Source of the DNA: Mytilus trossulus
Lineage: Eukaryota
Reading direction: 5' to 3'
Assembly (NCBI RefSeq): GCF_036588685.1
Contig: NC_086373.1
Span: 91,388,001-91,452,000, forward strand
DNA length: 64,000 bases
Shown here one piece after another: positions 36,986 through 50,415 of this stretch. Every line of letters begins with the position of its first letter. The stretch's first letter is position 1. Below the pieces are notes generated by a model that did not search any database, was not told where the DNA came from, and saw only the letters and a list, made by a program, of their open reading frames with translations. The position numbers were made by a program, and so were the translations under genes.

Positions 36986-38513
36986 ATGGGGTAAGGCTCA
37001 TCTTTCTTTAGTGATATTGGCCCTTTTTTATCAGTTTTTGTACTGTTCTTGCGTACTTTTTAATTTTCGTTTAATAATTGTATTAAGAAAGTTTGTTTAA
37101 TAACGTGTTTTTGATGAAACAACATCAAATATCTGTTCACAAAGAAACTGTTTACTGCTTAATGATGTGGGTCGTGTTTGCTTCTTATTTAAAATTAGAG
37201 TAATAGAATTTCTTTTCTTTTCCAGGAAGAGCATGAAGAAGAAATGTAAAAGAATATGGATCAGACATGATTATTCTCTCAATCAGAACGATCTACAAAG
37301 ATCTCCATCTGAAGAGTCAGTGAAAGTTTTAACAATGCATCAATACATTAAACCAGAAAAGCCTGGTTTTGCAAAGATTACAGAAGAGGATGAAATAACA
37401 GAAGATCCAGAAATTGACGATTCCTGCAGAAAAGATAACAGACAGGAAAGTAATGATGATCTTGATAGTAGAAATAATCAAGAGACACAACCTGTTGCAT
37501 GTCTTGAATGTGTAAAGCCGATACAGGTTTTCAGAGGACAAGAAATACAAATAGGGGATCACATCAAATTTCATGGGAAAATATATGATCACCACGCAAT
37601 TGTATTAAAAGTAAAACCTTCAAAAGAAAATGATCATAAAGTAGTTGTAGAACTGGTGCATGCATCAAACACCACAGCTGGTGCAATTTATTGCTGCTTA
37701 CAGCCATTTAGTAGCATTGCAAAACTGTTAAGTGAAACAAAACAAATAAATTTAAAAAAGATGAAAGTAATGGTTTATAAATATTCGAACACAGTCAAAC
37801 ATTTTTCACCAGAAAGGATAGTCAAAAGGGCAGTCGAAAAGAAATCAGAACCTGGTTTTAAATACGACGCGCTAAATAATAATTGCGAGCATTTTGCAAC
37901 ATGGTGCGTTACAGGAGAGAGTCTTAGCTTACAAGTTCGAAAGATAAGAATGGTAAGGTTTCTTTTTGCAAATCAAGGATTTCAAGGTATCAGAGACGAA
38001 ATTCTCCGAAATAAAATCGAATATGAAAATGAGATGCTCTGTAAACCGTGTTTTGAAAGAAATGAAAAACTATTGAGTATTGCGAAACAACCGATCAAAT
38101 CTAAAGGTGACGTTAAGATTGGTGATATTATAACATACACTTATTACGGATGTTTGCATTCTGCTGTAGTGCTAGACATTGATTCACACGACATGTCACT
38201 ACAGTGCAAAATAGCCCATTATGCATTCCGTGTTTTACACAGACACAGAAAAATACGAGAGGAATCGCTAAGAATTCCGCTTGATGGAAGTGTGAAAGTT
38301 ACGGATTACTCCAATAACGGTTATAGTGTATACGATCCAAAGGAAGTGGTTGATAGAGCAAGAAGTAGGCTTGGAGAAACACGATATGTATATTTTTCAA
38401 ATGATTCAAGTCATTATGCTCGTTGGTGTAAACTTAAATTGTATAGAAAAAGAATGATTATTACTGCAAAATCAAAATTGTTAAATGTAACATTAGAAAA
38501 CAACCCGTCTTAA
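36986..38513 (+). CDS. Tandem double LRAT/PLAAT-like domain protein, copy 2; join(36986..36990,37226..38513), 430 aa, starts MGKSMKKKCKR
   Basis: Same motifs (YDHHAIV, VHAS, NNNCEHFATWC; CLHSAVV, IAHY, NDSSHYARWC). ATGGG|GTAAGG donor and TTTTCTTTTCCAG acceptor join in frame. Confidence 0.9.
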
Positions 38514-39212
38514 TATAATTTAATTCTTGCTTAATTTGTTGCAACTATCATAGAAACATTGAAATGACAAAATAGGTCAATCACGGAATTTACAATAGAT
38601 ATAGGAAGATGTGGTGTGAGTGCCAATGAGACAACTCTCCATCCAAATAACAATTTAAAAAGTAAACCATTATAGGTTAAAGTACGGCCTTCAACACGGA
38701 GCCTTGGCTCACACCGAATAACAAGCTATAAAGGGCCCCAAAATTACTAGTGTAAAACCATTCAAACGGGAAAAACAACGGTCTAATTTAAGACTATTTA
38801 AGGCGCTTTAACTCCAGTTAAAAAAAAACCACAAAAAGATAGATAAAAACATTGATACTTTAAACTGATCTAACTCTAAAATTCATTATATCTGATTATC
38901 TGTCTATAATTTGTTCATTCTAATGATATTTAATATACACATGCAAATAATAAGACATGATCTTAAATGACTTAATGGTGATATCATGACTTTACATTAA
39001 AGCTTTATTCAAATTAGATGTTCAACTTATATATTCATTTGTAACCTTGTGCAAATTTTCCAATTATAATTTCCACAGCTCATTTACTTTGTGTATAACC
39101 TACCAAATAAGACTTATTACTTAAATTGTTTATACATGAACAAAATCGCATTGTCTTATGTGGAACAGGAGCTGAGTACTACTCCGGAGCACCTGAGATG
39201 TCTATGTTGTCG

Positions 39213-39650
39213 TTTTATGCCCCACCTACGATAATTGAGGGGCATTATGTTTTCTGGTCTGTGGCTCCGTTCGTTCGTTCGTCCCGCTTCAGGTTAAAGT
39301 TTTTGGTCAAGGTAGTTTTTGATGAAGCTGAAGTTCAATCAACTTGACACTTAGTACACTAGTTGCTTATGTTATGATCTTTCTAATTTAAAGCAAAATT
39401 AGACTTTTGACCCCAATTTCACGGTCCATTGAACATTTAAAATGAAAGTGGGAGTTTCAGGTTAAAGTTTTTGGTCAATGTAGTTTTTGATGAAATTGCA
39501 GTCAATCAACTTAAAACTTAGTACTAATTTTTCTTATAGTATAATCTTTCTAATTTTAATGCCAAATCAGATTTGTACCCTATTTCACGGTCCATGGAAC
39601 ATGTCAAATGATTGAATGTGGCATCCGTGTACTTTGGACACATTCTTGTT
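39213..39650. mobile_element. HINE-like element with about 170-bp internal duplication
   Basis: Terminal hairpin ATGCCCC..GGGGCAT, (CGTT)n microsatellite, TTCAGGTTAAAGTTTTTGGTCAA repeated, ends CATTCTTGTT. Confidence 0.7.
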
Positions 39651-40028
39651 TATTTTTTTGTTTGTCTTTTTTTAATGTCAAAGCAGGAGTTTGAATAAAC
39701 CTTTTGTATCTTTTAAACTTTTACACTTAATGAATAAGACAAAAAAAAAACACAAAAAATTAAATACACACACAATCAGAGAGAAATTTTTTAGGAAGAC
39801 TAAGTACAATTCTGAATAAAGTTTTCAAAGTAATATTGGGTAAGATTTTTCTGCGAGTGACAGTCTGTGCTTAAAATTTTGTCTTGATCGGTGCTGGTAA
39901 TAACGAATATTGTGAATAATCCATGGGCTTCTACTCTGATTCAGTATACATTAAAAAAAATTAAAATGTGTGCAAGTTCATGTTTTGGTTCAGTGCTGGT
40001 GGGTCTGTATACGATCATAGTCATTTAA

Positions 40029-40607
40029 GGTTCATGTGGACCCTATGGCTAAAATGGCCGTATTTTCACCTCAAAATTTTCTCTGAGTACAGGCAAACCT
40101 GTGCATCTGGAAAAGTTTTAAGGCATAGCATGCCCTAGATAAATAGAATTCAAATGCATTGTATGATTTAGAAAATTCATAACTTAACTGGATTTTGCCG
40201 TACACTTTTTTTCGTCTCTGCAGAAGATGATAAAATTAACAAACAGTTGCGTTTACCTTGATATGGTCCACTCAGGTACACAGTTTAAATAACGAATTAT
40301 TGTCAGGTATCTATTGTCCATCTAATATCCATGTCAATTTAAAATGCTCAGTTTAATTTTTACCTGTGGGAATTTCTCAAACCTGTTTCCCAACTTAGTT
40401 TATTTTGGCACCTTCTGGAGAAATGAAAAAAAGTGCACGGAACAATCCTGGTAAGTTTTTATTTTTATAAAACATAAAACATACTAAAAATACATTTATC
40501 TAGGGCATGCTATGGCTGAATTTTTTTACAGATGCGCAGGTTTGTCTGTACTCAGTAAATTTTGAGGTGAAAATACGGCCATTTTAGCCATAGGGTCCAC
40601 ATGAACC
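40029..40607. mobile_element. Kolobok-like MITE, long imperfect TIRs, TTAA TSD
   Basis: TTAA|GGTTCATGTGGACCCTATGGCTAAAATGGCCGTATTTTCACCTCAAAATTT...AAATTTTGAGGTGAAAATACGGCCATTTTAGCCATAGGGTCCACATGAACC|TTAA. GG..CC termini favour Kolobok over piggyBac. Confidence 0.85.
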
Positions 40608-41152
40608 TTAAAAAAGAAGTGGAGTATGATTTGAATAAAACGGTGCAGATTCAATAAAATTGGGCAAATACTTGTATTCAATCGTTGTAACTCATATTTC
40701 AACTATAGACATTTCTTTGACTGTAATAAGCGTTTCTAAATAATGGTTACTTCATATCACTTGAAACGGCAACATCCTCAATTCAATAGGAGAAGAAATG
40801 TGAACATTATAAGTAACCATATTTCATAACCAACAAGCATAAACCATATTGTATGAAAAGCTACAAAAAAATGTGTGAGGAAGGATGATTTATCTCCTTG
40901 ACAACTGATTAATAACGCCTTCAACACCAAAAAACAAATACATCTTAATGTCTGACCGAACTGAACTGTACATAATTGTTTTTAATTTCGATAAAAGGAA
41001 TATTTAGCATTTTTTTTCTTTAAAAAATCTACAAAAGAACTGCATTTCAATATGCTTTTTTTTAACATTTTTAATGACATTAACACAAAAAAAATCTTTT
41101 TTTACAGATATCCTTCAAGAAACGTAGGCATAATGTCAAGATTTTCAGTATA

Positions 41153-41428
41153 TAAAATTGAGAATGGAAATGGAGAATGTATCAAAGAGACAACAACCCG
41201 ACCATAGAAAAAACAACAGCGGAAGGTCACCAACAGGTCTTCAACGTAACGAGAAATTCCTTCAGCTGTCCCCTAAACAAATATATACTAGTTCAGTGAT
41301 AATGAACGCCATACTAATTTCCAAATTGTACACAAGAAACTAAAATTAAAATAATACACAAAAAAACAAGACCAGAGGCTCCTGGCTTAGGACAGGCGCA
41401 AAAATGCGGCGGGGTTAAACATGTTTAT
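41153..41428 (+). mobile_element. Dispersed repeat family A (AAAATTGAGAATGGAAATGG..TCAAAGAGACAACAACCCGACC); copies also at 35418-35682(+), 48755-49003(-), 30285-30432(-), 8790-8935(-)
   Basis: Multiple similar copies on both strands within the window. Confidence 0.75.
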
Positions 41429-44400
41429 GTGAATTGTTGAGTGTCTAGTCTGCGACAAAAAACGTTGAATGCGAAACATAGTGGTTATAACCCGATGACA
41501 GCAGCATAAACTATTGGTATTAAGCTTTATAGTTTAGAAAGTATAAGACAGACATGTTTTTTACTTTGTTTGTAGATACCGTATGATAAGAAGTTTTCGT
41601 CTGTCATTTAATGAATGGCTATTATTTATTTTAAATTTATTGAACCATCAAACTAATTTTGACTCTTCACATTGAAACGTCAGAGTGGGCTTGTCGCCAT
41701 CAAAATTGACAACATTGAAAATAAAACTAATAATTTTAAGCAATCAGAAGACAGTAAATACACAAAATGTATTTATATGACAATTGTCCTTATCCACAAT
41801 GTCTTGGTACAGGTTCTTTTTGAAAAAATAAATATATTTGTTTTGTCATATGAATTTTTTCTCATTACGAGTAAAGTATAATTATATTTGGCATCTATGA
41901 CCCTTACAAGTTCAATATGTCTACAAAATCGTAATCACCTGACCTTGACCTAATTTCCTAGACCAGTAACTAAGATTAATTTGGTGTTATCAAGTCTGTA
42001 TCTCACATACTGTAAGAAGTAGATTGACTATATTTTTGTGTATTGAGTTATTGTAAGTTGTTCATGTCAGACTAGGTTTTATACAATCTAAATTATTGCG
42101 TGGTTTATTAAGCAATGTTTAGTGTTTAAGGATTCGGTCTTTTTCTTAGATATGAGAGTTTATCTGATCTTGACCTTTTTTCTTGGTTAATATTTAATGT
42201 TTAAGTTTTCATGTTTTTTTGCAAATTATCAGATAATATTTTATTAATTGTATGGTAAGATTGGACTGTGCACATGTCGGTATGGCAAGAAACCAGCAGG
42301 TGAGACATGTCTGCATGTGGACTTTTGTTCTTTATAATTTTTTAATTTTTTTACTGTTAAAAAAAGATTTGTTTGCACTCTTCCAAGAATTTGCTAACAA
42401 AAATCTTTGAAATACATTTCATGAATATCCAACATGAAATGAAAGCGTTGAAATATCAATACCCCTACATTTTATTTCAAAAAATAATGAAACAGACCAT
42501 GTTTGTGAAATCTTATGAAACTTACCCTTTTAATTCGTTAGAATGATTTAAAAAAATACAAATGTTCAATTTAGAACTTTAAATGTATACAACATAGAAC
42601 TGAAATCACGCTGTTCTTTACTTCAAAACTATATCCAAATCAAATTTTACATCTTACGCAACTGAATGGTGTAGTAACATGTGAAGAAGAATATACGTTT
42701 TAGCGATAAAAACACCAGCACTTCTTATATATACATAGCTAGGCAAGATATATTAAAGAAAAAAGTACAATAATATAGAATAGCATGCAGCAAAGCTAAT
42801 CACTCTTCATATGAATTACGACCATTATTCATATGGAAAGCCAACATGGTTAAAATGCTTAATTCGTAAATTGTCAATTTGTTACTTGTCATTGTGTAAT
42901 TTGTACATTTGTGATACGGTGGATTCAGTATTTTTTATTTTAAATGGATGGAATTCCACGAAAATTGGTAACCAACGAATAATAATGAATCCACAGTATA
43001 CATATTTATAATGTATGTCCGTTTTAATGACTTCCCTTTTATGAATATACTTTGGAATACGGTATATTATGTATTCTTTTATGCTCAATAACTGAAACCA
43101 TTCCTCTGCTATTTGTTCAGTTATTTACCTTAATTGATGATGTTACATCGTGTACGTTGATACCGTTTTTTGCTCTATCTTGACAACTATTTTCTAAAGA
43201 CAGAAATTGTATACAGAAACAACGCTACTCAGCGTTTCAAGGTATACAAAAACGCTAAAAATACTGAAAGCATTCATTGGCTCCTTATATGACATATTAT
43301 CTTTACTCCCAGCTGTGGCATAAGGAGCTTTTAGTTTAGTAGGTTTAATAGGAAGAAGTAAGTTTTTACTCCATAAAGGACAACGGACTGAAGATTATTT
43401 TTTACCTTTCAAACATACAAAATAAGATATATAAATTGAATCAGATGTTTAGAAAAGATAATGCATTGAATAAAATGACAATTTTAATCTTATTTAAAAG
43501 CCTACCAATGTTAATTTACGGCGACAGTGCAGTATATACTTATTATACGTATACGAATCCAGAGACCCATATACCCATCTGTCCAATTAATGACATGATA
43601 GATATATGTTTCCTCATTTAAATTATAAAAGTGTCATTTGAGAAACAAATCAAAGTGTAATCTTTGCATCTTTAGCATGTTTTTCGGTAAAACTATATTC
43701 TTAATAGATTCCAAACGAAAAAAGATAACACAATCTTGTACATATAATCAAAGCCTCGTTAATGCTAAAAAACAAAAACACTGCAGTACCAATATAGATA
43801 GTTCATGAAAGTGTAATGTACTGTTTCGAAAAATCATAACAAGTATAAAAATAAAATTCATTTAATCAGATTTTTTTTAATTTAGAAAACATATTCGATT
43901 TTGTTTTGAAATCTTAACTAATTCGCTGTTAAGCAGATAATTCGATAATTCACCCTTCTTCACACATATGTTCCCTTCATTCTACCAGTCTGTACATCAA
44001 ATCCAAGAGTGAAAAAAGGCTGTCCGACTACGGATTACTTCGACACCAGTAACATATTTATACTATCAATTACTTGACATAATGATGCTGATGCGAAAGA
44101 AATGATTTTTTCAGGTGAGGTTTAGAGTTAGACAAACTGTATGGAAGCTAACACTATATTTAAAGATAACACAAAAACTCCACATTTCACCAATTTTCTT
44201 TTCATTGTTATAGGTTATATGTTAGATTTATTTATCAATGCAATTACCATAATGTCAAAAAGATTGAATTTTGACTACTTGTTAATATGGAGGTTTTTTT
44301 AACAGACATCCTGCTTTACAGCAGTTGAAATTTTACTCTTTTGAAATTTTATTCTTTTATTTAAAACGTTGTATCTCAAGTCATCAATTGCACTGCCTTA

Positions 44401-44612
44401 TAATAAATTTAAATAATGCATGTAAATGTTGTTGTTCTTTCGATTTAATTTATTGCTAAATTGATTTGACATTCCAGACACCTATTTGACTTTGTAGGTG
44501 AACTATGCTTCGAAATTTTTAAACGGGCAAACAAAACCACCGTGTATGTTAATATTCATCACTCTTAATGACCAAAGCAGAAAATATCTGAATGCAATTA
44601 ATATAAAAAAAG

Positions 44613-45137
44613 AAGATGTGGGATGATTACCAATGAGACAACTCTCCACAAGAGACCAAAATGACACAGAAACTATAGGTCATCGTACGGTCTTCAACAA
44701 TAAGCAAAGCTCATACCGCATAGTCAGCTATGAAAGGCCCCGAAATGACAATGTAAAACAACTCAAACGAAAAAAATCACGACCTCATTTATATAAAAAA
44801 AATATTAACGAAAAACAAATATGTAACACATAAACAAACAACAACCACTGAATTACAGGTTCATAACATGGGACAGGCACATACATACATAATGTGGCGG
44901 GGTTAAATATGTTAGCGGGATCCCAACCCTCCTTTTATCTTGGACAATGGTATTACAGTACAATATGAGAGCGAACTATAAAAACCAGTTGAAAACGGCT
45001 TAACTCATCAGATGGACAAATTACAAGTGGACGTGGCCGGGTACTTGTACATCCCAACAACAAAAAGACAATAGAAACAGATTTGAGAGTACTCGCAGTT
45101 AAATGGCAGCTGGTTCAAAGCCACTAACAACTAACAA
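44613..45137 (+). mobile_element. Dispersed repeat family B (AGATGTGG.ATGA.T.CCAATGAGACAACTCTCCA); related copies about 38600-38790, 18290-18640, 23600-24230, 57920-58080
   Basis: Shared ACAGAT.TGAGAGTA...CTAGTTCAAAGCCA and AAATCAGTTGAAA..GGCTTAACTCATC blocks. Confidence 0.65.
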
Positions 45138-45483
45138 ATCTGGAATGAGGCAGGCCCAATAAGGACCACATGTTTTAAAGCTTCTTAATAACTTTGAGGA
45201 CAGGCAAACGAAGAATACCAATATGACACAGCAAATATTACCTCGTCAAAAACTTTACAAAAATTGTGAGAAGTCAAGGTTTACAAACACTTTGTGAGAA
45301 GTCAATATCTATGACAGTTTTAGAAACAATCAGAGTGTCATCATACACCTTATTACAAATAATACCAGCCTGTAACGATAAACAGATATTACAATCGTTG
45401 AATGTTTTATTTCATTTTACACTATTCTTAATTTGTATTTGGTTGATCCATCTCTAAATCACCGAACTGTAAGTTTAAACATT

Positions 45484-46028
45484 AGGAATAGATTACCTTA
45501 GCTTTATTTGGCATAACTTTTAGGAATTTTTCGGTCCTCAATGATCTTCAACTCTATTTTGGCCTTTTAAACACCTTTTGATTCGAGCGTCATTTATGAG
45601 TCTTTTTTAGACGAAACGCGCGTCTGGCGTAAATATAAAACAAAATTATCCTGGTATCTATGATGAGTTTATTTGCAACCAGTGGGTCGATACACTGCTG
45701 GTGGAGATTTATTTCCCCGAGGGTATCACCAGCCCAGTAGTCAGCACTTCTTGAGTAATCATTGATATGTTCATAATTATTAATCAACTGTTAACAAACT
45801 TTGAAATTTTGAAAAATTAAGGCTTTTCTACCTCAGAAAAAGATTACCTTAGCAATATTTGGCACAATTTTTTAGGAATTTTTGGTCTTCATTGCTCTTC
45901 AACTTTGTACTCTATTTTGCCTTTTAAACACTTTTTGATTCGAGCGTTACTGATGAGTCTTTTTATACGAAACGCGCGTCTGGCGTAAATATAAAATTTC
46001 AATCCTGATATCTATAATGAGTTTATTT
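45484..46028 (+). mobile_element. Retrozyme/Penelope-like partial dimer (about 351-357-bp period) with two hammerhead motifs (45587-45630 core-mutated; 45944-45986 core intact)
   Basis: AGATTACCTTAGC at 45490 and 45841. CTGATGAGTCT..ATACGAAACGCGCGTCTGGCGT at 45950-45986. Absent from the paralogous site at about 56440-56470. Confidence 0.8.
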
Positions 46029-47280
46029 TAATAACAAAAACAGTTATGTCAATCACACAAATACGTAACCCTACTGATCGAGGCATTTATTATCTTAATG
46101 AGAGAGAAGTAAAAGTTGATAAAGAAAGTGATTGATAATGATGTTTTTCTCTCGAAAAGTTTACTTTTTACGGCTTAGAATGTTTGTTGATTTTTTTAAG
46201 AAGGGAAGGACCAGTTACCATCAGCACCGAAATCAATACAATTCTTCATCAAGTGTATTGATAGTGCTCATGTTTTTACAAACGCTCGGTAAGTAGTCTA
46301 ATTGTATAGGTCCCATTCGTGGTGAAAAGGAGGTTGGTTGTAGATACAACATTATGAACATATTCGATATTATCTGTGAAAGGAACTAAACTCTTAAACA
46401 ACAGTTTGAATGACAGATAAAAAGTTCAAGCGTTATACATCATGTGTCGGTGAAACTTTCTTACGAAGTGTGGATTATTGATTTTTATATAAAAAGATAC
46501 AAATCAATTTGGAGATTACTGAATATTTCTTTAATCCTTAAAGCGTTGTCCTTGTTACGCAGAAGTTGTCTTTCTTCGTTTACCTCGGCAAATGTGGGTT
46601 ACACTAAATGCCGAATCGATGGCAGGATATTAATGAAAGGACAACGATATGACCAACTGAAAATGCTTTATCCTTTAATGTCTAAAAACAATCAAAAAAA
46701 TCTCAAATTTCATCCTTTAAAACACATAAATGATAGGGAAAAATAAGAAAACAAATATTCACAGCTTGACCTTGATGAAGTGAAATGATATTTTGGTAGG
46801 GAATGGATTTGCACATACCTTCCATGGATAATGTCCAAGAAATATTACGTTAACTGGAAAACTTGCCACACAAATTAGCAAGTTTTATATAAGATATTTA
46901 TGGGGTTTACAATGGTCGGACTGAAATCCAGCAACAAAAATGAAAAGAACTTACGCGTTTGATTAAAATCATAAGATTATTAATATATCAGTGTCACGAC
47001 AGCCAAAATAGGAAGCGAATTGGCAGAGTCTGTAGTGCATTTAATTGAAGTTAGTTATGGGGTCAGTTCAAAATGACGCTGCTAGTAGTATATTAACTTG
47101 AATAATGTAAGATGTAAAAACAGAATAAAAACAAGTCAATGCTCTCTCAACAGATACATTTGTTCAGCAAACAAAGCTAGATGCTTCGTTTTTAACTCAT
47201 GTTAATTTCCTGCAAACGAAAGTGTTATTAAATGCAGCTACAACTTTTGGCTATGATATACTATTGAATTTGAATCTAAA

Positions 47281-48035
47281 ATCAAATAACACTTGCCTCT
47301 AGCTTTGTCTATTGAGGTCCCTAGTAATATCAAATAACATATGCCTCTAGCTTTGTCTATTGAGGTCCCTAGTAATATCAAATAACATATGCCTGTAGCT
47401 TTGTCTATTGAGGTCCCTAGTAAGATCAAATAACACATGCCTCTAGCTTTGTCTATTGAGACCCCTAGTAAGCTCAAATAACACATGCCTCTAGCTTTGT
47501 CTATTGACCCCCCTAGTAAGATCAAATAACACATGCCTCTAGCTTGTCTATTGAGATCCCTAGTAATATCAAATAACATATGCCTCTACCTTTGTCTATT
47601 GAGACCCCTAGTAAGATCATATAACATATGCCTCTAGCTTTGTCTATTGAACCCCCTAGTAAGATCAAATAACACATGCCTCTAGCTTTGTCTATTGAGA
47701 TCCCTAGTAAGATCAAATAACACATGCCTTTAGCTTTGTCTATTGAGACCCCTAATAAGATCAAATAATACATGCCTCTAACTTTGTCTATTGAAACCCT
47801 TAGTTAGATCAAATAACACATGCCCATAACTTCGTCTATTGAGACCCCTAGTAAGATCAAATAACACATGCCTCTAGCTTTGTCTATTGAGACCCATAGT
47901 AAGATCAAATAACACATGCCTATAACTTTGTCTATTGAGACAAATAACACATGCCTCTAGCTTTGTCTATTGAGACCCATAGTTAGATCAAATAACATCT
48001 GCCTATAACTTTGTCTATTGAGACCCCTAGTTAGG
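47281..48035. repeat. 48-bp minisatellite, about 16 units
   Basis: Unit ATCAAATAACACATGCCTCTAGCTTTGTCTATTGAGACCCCTAGTAAG, contiguous with no spacers. Confidence 0.95.
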
Positions 48036-49999
48036 ATTATCTCAATGAAAAAGTGATGGTCAATTTATACCTCGCAATTACTTTCAATTATCATTATGGT
48101 ATAGTTTTTCAAAACATGTAATTTTAGGACATTTAAATCCTTATTTTTCCAAAGAAAGCTATACTGTAGAAAGAACTTTGGAACTGTTTTTGTATTTTAA
48201 TTCAAAATTGAATTGTTATTACTTTCATGTTGATTTAGTTAAATTTTCAAGCAACAGTGCAGAACACTCATAATATAACGAGCAAAGATTGTTATTTAGT
48301 GCGATTGCGACCAGGACAACAACTGAACGTCTACTTCGAGGCTTTGTATTGTATATAAAGGAGTTAACTAGTTTACATTATATACACTACTATTATCTAA
48401 AGAATATTAGACACACAATAAATATTTAATAGCAAGTAAAACATATATGATTGCATATTATCGAATATATATGTAAAACGCATTTAAAAATGTTTAAATA
48501 TAATTGTTTGTCTATATATCCGTGTTTTGTCGGTCCTGCGAAAGTGAGAAATAACGATCATAGAAGCTTGTCAATGATCAAAATACAGTTTTAAGAAACA
48601 TTTTGAAAATATCTCTATTTATTTTCACCAATTTTGCTGATAACTGTCTTCAACTTTACATGAATTTGCTAACGCTCAGTAAAAGACGCTAGAGATTTGA
48701 AGTTTTATAAAAAATCTATATTTTAAATAGTAATGGTAGAAACAAATAATAGTCCCAAGTCAGGAGCCTCTAACCTTTGTTAGTCTTGTATGATTTTTAA
48801 TTATAGTATCTTGTGTATAATTCGGAGTTTAGTATGACGTCCATTATCACTGTACTAGTATACATATTTTTTAGGGGCCAGCTGAAGAACACCTACGGTT
48901 GGGGGAATTCTCGCTATATTGAAGACTCATTGGTGGCCTTCGGCTGTTGTCTGCTCTATGGTCGGATTGTTGCCGCTTTGACACATTCACCATTTCCTTT
49001 CTCAATATTAATATATATACAATACAAATAAAGCACAATATCTTTCTATATATAGCAATTTCAAAACTGAAAAAAGTCTAGTGTAGTATAAACATAGCAG
49101 GAACCTTCAAAATAAAATTATGAGTTTTGAAAATTGGTTGTACTGGTGGCTATAATTGACTTGCTTGACTGACTTTCATGGTCGGTAATTAAATTCAAAG
49201 TTTTTCTAGTGTGCTTCGATCTGATTTATTTTTATTTTATATAAGTATAATGGTATGTTAAACTGTAACTGCTATTTGGAGAAAATCATTTTCTGACAGG
49301 GATCACTTTATTATTTAGTGTTAGATTTGTTTCGATTGTTAATTTTTTGGAAAGTTTGATTGTATGGCGAAGACCTTACTGGACATTAAAAACCGCATAT
49401 AATAAACAACACTGTTCTTTTGACTTTAGTGTTTTTATGTTAAATAGCAGGTCTACAAACAATAAGGTCAATAAATTGCCTGTTCCATTATTTTACACTA
49501 TTAAAACAAAAATAATGTATCTACAACCTATCACTATAAAAATGAACAGTTATTTAGGAATTGAAGATTATAAAACAAATCTTAGTACGTTTTCAGTTGT
49601 TCTATGTTAATTTTTTTAGTACTAATTAAAATAATAAAAAAGCTTCAAAATAAAATAATATAAATGATTCACGTTTTGATTTTTAATCAGTTTAACAAGC
49701 CAAAGTTTAATGCAAATTGGAACAGAATCAGTGGCATATCGTATTTACTGTATATTGACCTCGAGTACTTATATTTCCTAAGAAAAACAATAAAGTTTGC
49801 TGTGATCTTTTTTCGTATTTTATTGAACGGTAGATTTATACTAGTATTCATGATTATGTTGATATAGTTAATCTCTCAAACTGCAAAGAATTCTAAAACT
49901 TAAAAAGCATACTTCAATCTTTAAAAAGCAACGAGAAGACTGTCTTACGTTATATACCAGTAGGGGTCTATCTTTTGGTCTATACTAAACTAGTATGTT

Positions 50000-50225
50000 A
50001 ATTAAATTAACGGTACCAATTTTCTTGCACCAAATGCGCATTTCGACAATACATGTCTCTTCAGCTTATATAAAAGATGAAGAGCTATAATCCAAAAGGT
50101 CCGAAATGTATAGCCAAATCCGTGAAAGGAATCAGAGCTTTGCATGAGGGAGATACATTCCTTAATTTATAATAATTTCTATCATTTTGTAACAGCAAAT
50201 TTTAATAACACAGAAATCCGTATTA
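50000..50225 (-). mobile_element. Fragment of a second hammerhead-bearing repeat family (truncated HHR at 50027-50064)
   Basis: Minus strand: CTGAAGA-GACA-TGTAT-TGTC-GAAA-TGCGCA-TT-TGGTGC. The 5' strand of helix I is missing. Confidence 0.55.
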
Positions 50226-50415
50226 AGATTAATAGCCAAAACACATGTGAAATATCGAAAAACAAATATGGATTTTCACGTTTTACAACATGTATTTAAA
50301 TATTCCAAAGTATAATTTTACCAATTCACCTGATTAACTGTTCAAGGTGTGTTTAATTCAATATTAGACATGTACGAGCCAACATGGTTATTTAAGTATA
50401 GCAAAGTTTTTAAAA

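Noticed and set aside
47238-47773. Repetitive ORFs (YLILLGxSIDKARGxC)n and CRISPR-like periodicity
   Set aside because: These are translations of a 48-bp minisatellite. Units are contiguous with no unique spacers, there are no cas genes, and the context is eukaryotic.
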